NCBI GenBank assembly: GCA_964464605.1
Contig: CAYXJN010000001.1
Coordinates: 67,068-131,067, forward strand
DNA length: 64,000 nt
Direction of reading: 5' to 3'
From: an uncultured Ignavibacteriales bacterium
GTDB taxonomy: Bacteria; Zixibacteria; MSB-5A5; GN15; FEB-12
Shown here: positions 57,368-64,000 of the stretch, one piece after another
Numbering within the stretch: the stretch's first letter is position 1
How the letters are laid out: the number at the start of each line of letters is the position of its first letter
Notes under the pieces: generated by a model
Told to the model about the DNA's origin: nothing
Databases searched by the model: none
The model's input: only the letters and a program-made list of their open reading frames with translations
Program-made: the position numbers and the translations under genes

Positions 57368-57897
57368 CGGATAAACTTTCTCGGATCCTGCGCCGTACCG
57401 ATAAAATACTGCTCTAACACTTCCCGCACCGCACCACCGCCGCCCGGCTTGGTAGTAACATAATCGACGACTTCAATCAATTCGGCTGCGCTGTCCGACA
57501 CGGCAACAGAAAGCCCGACTTTTTCAGCAAGCGCGATATCCAAAATTTCATTCCCGACAAACGCTATCTGTTCAAACCCTAATTTCAATTCCGTCAAAAG
57601 CGGTGTTATCAAGCCGACTTTATCGGAGTTCCCTTGCAGCACATGTTTGACGCCCAAATCCCGCATGCGGGAATCAGTCGCGGGAGAATACCGGCCGGAG
57701 ACAATCGCAAGCTGCAATCCTGAACGCATGGCAAGCACCATGAAAAAACCGTCGGAGATATTAAACCGTTTCATTTCAAAATTATCCGGGCCGAGATAGA
57801 TAGCATCGTCGGTGAGAACGCCATCGACATCAAGCGCGAGCAATTTGATATTCGCGATTCGTTTAGCGAATTCCGCCTTGGACAGTTTCGGTTTCAT
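57364..57897 (-). CDS. kdsC: KDO 8-phosphate phosphatase (HAD)
   Basis: LDVDGVLTD, FNISDG, GGGGAVRE. Confidence 0.93.
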   Translation of the reverse strand: MKPKLSKAEFAKRIANIKLLALDVDGVLTDDAIYLGPDNFEMKRFNISDGFFMVLAMRSGLQLAIVSGRYSPATDSRMRDLGVKHVLQGNSDKVGLITPLLTELKLGFEQIAFVGNEILDIALAEKVGLSVAVSDSAAELIEVVDYVTTKPGGGGAVREVLEQYFIGTAQDPRKFIR

Positions 57898-58698
57898 TTA
57901 TTTGCTCGCCTGTCGTACTCGCGTGATTGCGTCCAAAAGTTTCTGCATCTCGGAAAGCGGGAGCATCGCAGCGGCATCGGACAATGCTTTCTCTGGCTCC
58001 GGATGCGTTTCGACAAAAAGCCCGTCTATACCGACCGACGCGGCCGCTTTGGCAAACGGGATAACATACTGCGGTTGTCCGGTCGAAACCGAACCACCCC
58101 CACCCGGAATTTGCAGTGAGTGGGTGGCATCGAACACTACTGGAAATCCGGTTTCCTGTTTCATTATCAATAACGAACGAAAATCGACAACGAGGTTGCG
58201 ATAACCGAAAGTCGTGCCACGCTCAGTGAGCATTACTCTTGAGGTGCCTGCCTTATCCGCTATCGGTTTCATATCTTCCGGCGCAAGAAATTGCCCTTTT
58301 TTGATATTCACCCATTTACCAGTCGCACCTGCCGCCTGCACTAAATCTGTTTGGCGGCACAAAAAGGCCGGGATTTGCAAAATATCCGCTACCTGCGTGA
58401 CCGCCGGAATTTCCGGTGTTTCATGAATATCGGTAACGATCGGCACGCCGAATTCCGTTTTGACTTTTTGCAAAATTGAAAGCCCGGTATCGATTCCGAG
58501 TCCAGTGAATGACTGCGCCGATAACCGGTTCGCTTTTTTGTATGAAGCCTTAAAGACGTACGGAATCTTGTATTTATCCGTCAACTTGACAAGCTGTTCG
58601 GCAATAGTGAGGCATAGTTTCTCGGACTCGACCACACAAGGGCCGGCCATCAGAAAGAATTCACCCTGTTCTATACGTTGTAAGGTATTGGTACTCAT
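57898..58698 (-). CDS. kdsA: KDO 8-phosphate synthase
   Basis: AGPCVVES, KANR, IPAFLCRQTDL, NIKKGQFL, ERGTTFGY, DATHS. Confidence 0.97.
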   Translation of the reverse strand: MSTNTLQRIEQGEFFLMAGPCVVESEKLCLTIAEQLVKLTDKYKIPYVFKASYKKANRLSAQSFTGLGIDTGLSILQKVKTEFGVPIVTDIHETPEIPAVTQVADILQIPAFLCRQTDLVQAAGATGKWVNIKKGQFLAPEDMKPIADKAGTSRVMLTERGTTFGYRNLVVDFRSLLIMKQETGFPVVFDATHSLQIPGGGGSVSTGQPQYVIPFAKAAASVGIDGLFVETHPEPEKALSDAAAMLPLSEMQKLLDAITRVRQASK

Positions 58699-58764
58699 AT
58701 CAGGAGAGTGAATATAGGGGAACTACACGGGAAGATACAGCGGGAAATAAACGCAGAAAAACGG

Positions 58765-59157
58765 TCAATTGGCGCGTTTGGACATTTTTTTGAAGTGCCA
58801 GATGATTCGATCGCCGTTGCGGGTTATGTATTTATCCGAGGCAACCTGCCCCATCGAATCGTTCACTGAGTACATCCAGAACACATCGCTGCCGTTTGTT
58901 ACTGAATCAATCCCTTTGACGAAAATACCCATTGAGGATGACGCAAAATCTACCTGATGCGTTTCGTTCAAGAGAGTAAACACAGAAGTCGAATCCCGGC
59001 CGGTCAGACTGATAGTCAGCGAATCGCGCGATTCCGATTGCGTCGGTTCGGTTTTCGTGTCCGCTTCTTTTTCTTTCCCACAGCCAAACAACAATAAGCC
59101 GAAGAGAAAACCGAATAGCAAAAGTGCCCGGAATGATCTGGTTATGTGAAAAGGCAT
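58765..59157 (-). CDS. DUF4430 (transcobalamin-like C-terminal) lipoprotein
   Basis: Lipobox LLLFGC; FVKGIDSV, FWMYSVND, GDRIIW. Start at ATG 59157 fits TTGACA-17-TGTTTT-6-ATG. Confidence 0.7.
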   Translation of the reverse strand: MPFHITRSFRALLLFGFLFGLLLFGCGKEKEADTKTEPTQSESRDSLTISLTGRDSTSVFTLLNETHQVDFASSSMGIFVKGIDSVTNGSDVFWMYSVNDSMGQVASDKYITRNGDRIIWHFKKMSKRAN

Positions 59158-59163
59158 GGAGTG

Positions 59164-59240
59164 AAAACAGCCAAATTTTGGCGATTTGTCAAGTGGAGCA
59201 AAACAGCCCGCTTGCACCCCGCATTGAACCAGCCTATACT
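59164..59240. promoter_or_regulatory. Divergent pair of probably leaderless promoters
   Basis: Plus strand: TTGCAC-17-TATACT-8-ATG(59249). Minus strand: TTGACA-17-TGTTTT-6-ATG(59157). Confidence 0.55.
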
Positions 59241-59248
59241 TTACTCGT

Positions 59249-60313
59249 ATGCTAAAGCGACAAGCGATGTTTTTTCTATCATTTCTTTTGATGGGACAAA
59301 TTGGTGCAACACAAACAAGCGTGCCGACACTGACCACCCGGATCGACAATGCGGAATTGCAGTACACGCTGTATCCCGTATTTTATTCGTCGCATGATGT
59401 CGACGAGGACATGCGGTGGGTGCAGAAAAACAGTGTAGCTGCGGAAGCATTCCTTGCCCTCAACGGCCAGGCCGCACTTGAAAAGCTGAGCACACTTTCC
59501 GGATGCAGTTGGCAGGAAACAGAATTGAAACTGATCCTATTGCGCTACTACCCGACTCCCGGTTCGGCCGATCCGCTGATTGTTCCGCTTGGTGCAGTCA
59601 GGACCGGTGATGCCGCTATTGCCGCCCCGACTGGCGAAGAACTCGCTATCGACATTTTGTTTCAATTAGCCAAACGACTGCTGATTACCGGCGCACCGAA
59701 TGAAGTGCGAAGCCATCCGCTCTTGAGCAAAGACCCGTATTATCTCGACAATCTCGCCATGCTGCTTGCCCGTTCGGTTGCCTTGCAATTGTATGATGAA
59801 ACCGCGGTGCAGGCGGCGCTTGATTCTCCCTTCTGGCGACGGTTCTGGACCGGAAAAGCGATTTACAGTAAATATCTCGCCGGAAAATGGATTCTTTCTC
59901 CCGACCGGCCGTTATTGACTTACGTGAAAGCAGAACCGACCGACTCAGATTTTTCACGCGCCGCAAAGATAGAATCGATTGAAACTATTCCGGTTGAAAG
60001 AACCGTTTCTCCCGACTTGGTGCCGAACAGCAGACTTGGAATGGCATTGTCGGATGACGGTTCCAAGCGGTTGTTGGTAGCCGCAGTCGATGAAACAAAA
60101 ATTGCCTATCTCTGTGGCGTACGTTCTGGAGATAGAATTGTGAGTATCAACGGCAAGCAACCCAAAACGGTGCGGGAAGCAGTTGAGTTAACGCTGATGC
60201 GGTTAGACAACGGCGGCTCGACAATGGAAATCGCCCGCGGAGGCACCACCCGCTCGATGGTGCTTCGCCCCCGTTCCGGTTCTTCCACACCGAAAAACAC
60301 ACAGGACAATTAA
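59249..60313 (+). CDS. Secreted protein with a C-terminal PDZ domain
   Basis: Signal peptide; RLGMAL...VAAVDETKIAYLCGVRSGDRIVSING. Confidence 0.75.
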   Translation: MLKRQAMFFLSFLLMGQIGATQTSVPTLTTRIDNAELQYTLYPVFYSSHDVDEDMRWVQKNSVAAEAFLALNGQAALEKLSTLSGCSWQETELKLILLRYYPTPGSADPLIVPLGAVRTGDAAIAAPTGEELAIDILFQLAKRLLITGAPNEVRSHPLLSKDPYYLDNLAMLLARSVALQLYDETAVQAALDSPFWRRFWTGKAIYSKYLAGKWILSPDRPLLTYVKAEPTDSDFSRAAKIESIETIPVERTVSPDLVPNSRLGMALSDDGSKRLLVAAVDETKIAYLCGVRSGDRIVSINGKQPKTVREAVELTLMRLDNGGSTMEIARGGTTRSMVLRPRSGSSTPKNTQDN

Positions 60314-60314
60314 C

Positions 60315-60782
60315 ATGACCTTCGTTGCCCATTTTACCAAAATGATCCACTACACGTCCTGGGCCGACAGGCTATGCCTGGATAGTTTTCAAAAACAAAA
60401 GCCCCCTGATAAAGCGCTGTTGATTTTTTCGCACAGTATTGTGTGCGGTGTGTTGTGGTATGACCGGGTAATCGGACGGCCTTCGGTCTATCCGCTCTGG
60501 GAAACAATACCGATTGAAAAATTACGGACGATTTCAGAAACCAGCATCGCTGACTGGCTGAATCTTTTAGAGAAAAAAACCGATGCCGATTTGCAGGAAC
60601 CTATTTCATACAAGAACACCAGCGGTATATCCTACACGACATCGCTGCATGATATTTTAACCCACGCATTCAATCATGCCACACACCATCGCGGACAGGT
60701 GGTAGTACTGATGCGGGAAGCTGGTATTGTGCCGCCCGGCACAGATTACATTTTGTATATTCGGGAATTAGAAAAGAAGTAG
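60315..60782 (+). CDS. DinB family protein
   Basis: YTSWAD, H-S, DILTHAFNHATHHRGQ. Confidence 0.9.
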   Translation: MTFVAHFTKMIHYTSWADRLCLDSFQKQKPPDKALLIFSHSIVCGVLWYDRVIGRPSVYPLWETIPIEKLRTISETSIADWLNLLEKKTDADLQEPISYKNTSGISYTTSLHDILTHAFNHATHHRGQVVVLMREAGIVPPGTDYILYIRELEKK

Positions 60783-61172
60783 TTACAAAATCGGTATCGG
60801 GCGGCGGTCTTTCCCGACCGCTACCATCGTGAATGTCCCCTGAATCGCCATCTCCCGTTTTTCCGAAGACATACTTTCAATGAACACATCCACCCGAATC
60901 TGAATACTGGTGCGCCCCACCCGGAGCGGAGTGCCGATTAGCTCCACCAATGAGCCGGAAGGAATCGGTTTCTCGAAGTTAATGCGATCCAACGAAACGG
61001 TCACAAATTCTTGTCGGCTGAACCGGTTGGCGGTGATATAGGCGATCTCATCCATCCACTGCAGGGCGATACCGCCAAACAGGGTGTCGTAATGATTAGT
61101 GGTATTGGCAAAAACGAGTTTAACGATATGCGTTTTGGCTTTATCGATTCTTTCCTGACTGAAATGGGACAT
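60783..61172 (-). CDS. Acyl-CoA thioesterase (hotdog fold)
   Basis: VFANTTNHYDTLFGGIALQWMDE, VGRTSI, FTMVAV. Confidence 0.9.
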   Translation of the reverse strand: MSHFSQERIDKAKTHIVKLVFANTTNHYDTLFGGIALQWMDEIAYITANRFSRQEFVTVSLDRINFEKPIPSGSLVELIGTPLRVGRTSIQIRVDVFIESMSSEKREMAIQGTFTMVAVGKDRRPIPIL

Positions 61173-61319
61173 TCGTACTACCTTTCCTAAAACATCGGAC
61201 ACTGAATATATCGGCAAATTCCCCAGATGCTGACTGAAATCGCTTAGAATAGCCGATTTCAGTTAAGATTAACTTAAGTTGTTGATTATAATTGTCTTAT
61301 AAATGATTCAAGAAATCTG

Positions 61320-61362
61320 TTGACAGTTATTAACTATCTGGTTAGTTTAACCGAATAGTTAA
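61320..61362 (+). promoter_or_regulatory. Promoter with two tandem palindromic operators (TetR autoregulation)
   Basis: TTGACA-17-TAGTTT overlapped by TTAACTATCTGGTTAG (61330-61345) and TTAACCGAATAGTTAA (61347-61362). Confidence 0.75.
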
Positions 61363-61366
61363 CGAT

Positions 61367-61993
61367 ATGAGCGATCAAGAAAACGAAAAGCCGCAGAGTG
61401 GTGAAAGCCGGGATAAAATTATCACGGCTGCTCTCGAAGAATTCAGCCAATATGGGCTCGCCGGGTCCCGTATGGACCGGATAGCTGACTCCGCCGGTCT
61501 GAACAAGGCGATGCTCTATTATTACTTCTCATCCAAAGAAGAGCTTCACCGCGCGATTATAACCCAGTGCGTTTCCGGCACTGCCGGGCAGGTCAGGCAG
61601 TTTGCCTCGGCCAATGTGCCGCTTGAACAGATGCTTTTGGATATCGCCAATCTGTATATCAATGTTTTTGGCCAACGGCCGCAGTTACGAAAGCTGCTCT
61701 TGCATGAACTGGCGGATGACCGCAAAGAAACGCTCGATGCCTTCGCGCAGGCAATTATCAATTCTGGTGCGCCGGATGCGCTCGGTAAACGGTTCCAGCT
61801 TGAAATGAATAACGGGACATTGAGAAAGTTGGATATCAAACAGACGGTTATTTCCTTTTTCACCATGATCAACGGCTATCTGTTAATGAGCCCGATAGTC
61901 GACCGGATTCATGATATCCCTGACCGGAAAGCATTTTTAGACGCCCGCAAAAAAGCGGTGGTTGATCTCTTTATGAACGGAGTACGCACATGA
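61367..61993 (+). CDS. TetR/AcrR family transcriptional regulator
   Basis: IITAALEEFSQYGLAGSRMDRIADSAGLNKAMLYYYFSSKEEL. Confidence 0.93.
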   Translation: MSDQENEKPQSGESRDKIITAALEEFSQYGLAGSRMDRIADSAGLNKAMLYYYFSSKEELHRAIITQCVSGTAGQVRQFASANVPLEQMLLDIANLYINVFGQRPQLRKLLLHELADDRKETLDAFAQAIINSGAPDALGKRFQLEMNNGTLRKLDIKQTVISFFTMINGYLLMSPIVDRIHDIPDRKAFLDARKKAVVDLFMNGVRT

Positions 61994-63297
61994 GGTACCG
62001 CTCTTTACTACTTTCAATTTCTCTGTTATTTGCTACTGCAGTTGTCAATGCACGGCCAATAACACTGCCGGAAGCATTAGCAATAGCGCAGGCACATTCA
62101 TATGACATCAAACGCACCGTCGCCGAAGCAGACGCTGCTGAAAAACAGGCAGAGGCTAACCAACGGGATCGCTGGCCGACGTTATCAGTCGGGGCAAATG
62201 CCTTTTACACCGACTACGTTTCCAAATTAAGCATTGAACTTCCCACCACGACAATCGAACGGGAAGTCGGCGTACATGATAATTACCAAACCGATGTTCG
62301 TCTCACCCTTCCCCTGTACACCGGCGGTCGAATCGGCACTGGTATTCGCTTGGCGCAATCAGAACAGGAAATACGCAAAGCCTTAGTGGAGGCATCCCGC
62401 CAGCAGATCGCGCTTGAGACCCGCAACGCCTGGCTGCGGCTCTACCGATCGACAGAATTAGTCCGCGCAACACAGGCTGCGATGAACCGAGTCAATATAG
62501 TCAGCAAAGATGTGCTGTCTCTTTTCTCTGCCGGCGCGGCCGATTCCGTTGCAGTTTTGGAAGTATTGGTTGCAACTACCAAAGCAGAATCGGATTTGGA
62601 TGCCGCTCAATCGGCAAGGCGGGCTGATGAAATCACGCTTTCGATACTATTAGGTTTACCGGTGAATGAAGCATTGGAGATAAGTGACACGCTCCCTTTG
62701 CCGATTATCGATTCACTGCTACCGGAGCTATTCTGGACACACTCACCGACATATAAAGTTGCCGAGAACAGAACGACTGCGGCTAAACATGCTATTCGCA
62801 CGGCACAGTCGGAATATCTGCCATCACTCTCTGCCTATACCGGTTACAGCTATGGTCGCCCGAATCTTGACCGTTTCAACAATAGCTGGAACGGAAATGC
62901 GATAGTTGGTGCATCGTTGAGCTGGTCGTTGAATTTAGGGGGGAGAAGTTTTAAGTCTGAATCTTCCAAGCGTACGATGGTATTAGCGGCCGAACAACAG
63001 CAGCAGTTAATAGCTGAACAGCTTTCCCGCGAAGCGCAGTTGGCGCGTGAGCGGATGCGATTAATGTACCAGCAGTATGAAAACGCCGCCAACACCTTCC
63101 GGCTTTCCACTCGCAACTTTGCCCTCGCGCAGAAGCAGCATACTGAAGGGGATTTGTCAACCAATCGTCTGTTACAAATCGAAGCAGACTTAGCCCGTTC
63201 CGAAGCGGCAACGGCAGCCGCAAAAACTGATTTCTATCTCGCGCAAAGCGCATGGTTCTATATCACTACGTCTGACAAATTAGAAAAGGGAATATAG
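61990..63297 (+). CDS. TolC family outer-membrane efflux protein
   Basis: Signal peptide, ITLPEALAIA, LTLPLYTGG, YLPSLS, terminal AxxDFYLA; ATGA-coupled to tetR. Confidence 0.9.
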   Translation: MRYRSLLLSISLLFATAVVNARPITLPEALAIAQAHSYDIKRTVAEADAAEKQAEANQRDRWPTLSVGANAFYTDYVSKLSIELPTTTIEREVGVHDNYQTDVRLTLPLYTGGRIGTGIRLAQSEQEIRKALVEASRQQIALETRNAWLRLYRSTELVRATQAAMNRVNIVSKDVLSLFSAGAADSVAVLEVLVATTKAESDLDAAQSARRADEITLSILLGLPVNEALEISDTLPLPIIDSLLPELFWTHSPTYKVAENRTTAAKHAIRTAQSEYLPSLSAYTGYSYGRPNLDRFNNSWNGNAIVGASLSWSLNLGGRSFKSESSKRTMVLAAEQQQQLIAEQLSREAQLARERMRLMYQQYENAANTFRLSTRNFALAQKQHTEGDLSTNRLLQIEADLARSEAATAAAKTDFYLAQSAWFYITTSDKLEKGI

Positions 63298-63300
63298 CGT

Positions 63301-64000
63301 ATGAAACAGGTGCTTCTCGGTTGTGCGGCGGTGATGGTATTTATCACCGGATGCAGCAAATCAGACAATGAACTCAGCGGTTCCGGATTGCTGGAAGCGG
63401 ATGAAACAATAGTCTCCAGCGAATCGACCGGACGAATTACCGAACTGCGAATCGATGAAGGAAGCGTGGTGCATGCCGGCGACACCTTCGCGATTATCGA
63501 TCCGAGTAAGCTAACGCTTAATCTTGCCGCGGCACAGGCAGGACGACAGGCGGCATCGGCGAATCTCGCTTCCGCCCGAGTGCAGGTAAACAAGACTGAA
63601 ACTGCGCTGTCGTTCGTGCAAAACGAACGGAACCGTATCGCGAAACTTGCGGCCGAAGGAACATCTACACAAAAGCAGCTCGATGCTGTTGAACAGGAAT
63701 TTTCGCAGGCGAAACTCAACCTTGAAGGAGCGAAAACGGCAGTCGCAACACAGACGGCGCAGATTGAAAAAATAGATGCGGATATAGCGGTTATTAATCG
63801 TCAGTTGGCAGATTGTTATCCGGTAGCGCCCATATCCGGAACGGTTACGGAAACATTTGTCGAAGTCGGCGAATTGGTCACTCCGGGCAAAGCAATTGTC
63901 AAAATCGCGCAACTTGATACGCTTTGGGTAAAACTATATTTACCTACCGGTAGTTTCGGACAGGTGAAACTTGGTGACAAAGCGACAATTAATACCGAAG
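63301..64000 (+). CDS. HlyD-family efflux periplasmic adaptor (YbhG-like), 3' truncated by the window
   Basis: Not in the ORF track. Open frame from ATG 63301: MKQVLLGCAAVMVFITGCSKSDNELSGSGLLEADETIVSSESTGRI...VAPISGTVTETFVEVGELVTPGKAIV. Confidence 0.88.
   Translation, partial: MKQVLLGCAAVMVFITGCSKSDNELSGSGLLEADETIVSSESTGRITELRIDEGSVVHAGDTFAIIDPSKLTLNLAAAQAGRQAASANLASARVQVNKTETALSFVQNERNRIAKLAAEGTSTQKQLDAVEQEFSQAKLNLEGAKTAVATQTAQIEKIDADIAVINRQLADCYPVAPISGTVTETFVEVGELVTPGKAIVKIAQLDTLWVKLYLPTGSFGQVKLGDKATINTE

Noticed and set aside
59158-59367. N-terminal 70 aa of the listed 200-aa ORF 58765-59367
   Set aside because: Overlaps the divergent PDZ gene and both promoters; the lipoprotein signal starts near 59157.
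61233-61263. 10-bp inverted repeat ACTGAAATCG/CGATTTCAGT between the thioesterase and tetR genes
   Set aside because: Unrelated to the TetR operator motif, no U tract and no second copy seen, so no function can be supported.

Overview
This is a 64-kb, gene-dense chromosomal window from a diderm (LPS-making) bacterium. The dockerin-like and C-terminal sorting domains, and the SecA insertion, suggest candidate phylum Zixibacteria or a close FCB-group relative; this is inference from protein motifs only. Most of it is housekeeping: pepF, rng, fmt, def, yajC, ychF, lon, nnr, secA, rsgA, cobB, pyrK/D/F, rqcH, fumC, lysS, coaD, lptC, lpxL, kdsD/C/A, and a TetR-TolC-HlyD efflux operon cut by the window end. 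The accessory content is mostly secreted proteins. These include a ~3470-aa protein with about 30 Cys-rich Ig-like modules plus cohesin-like, dockerin-like and T9SS-type tail domains; an SBBP-repeat/dockerin protein; and a 57-aa 8-Cys secreted peptide co-located with a CxxC redoxin. Non-coding signals include about ten sigma70-type promoters placed 5-8 nt before start codons with no Shine-Dalgarno (apparent widespread leaderless translation), GTAG-type REP hairpins, a multi-hairpin ncRNA candidate with tandem terminators, tandem TetR operators, and a homopolymer frameshift in a signal peptide. I saw no rRNA, tRNA, CRISPR array, transposase or integrase. All family assignments come from motif recognition by eye, not from database searches.
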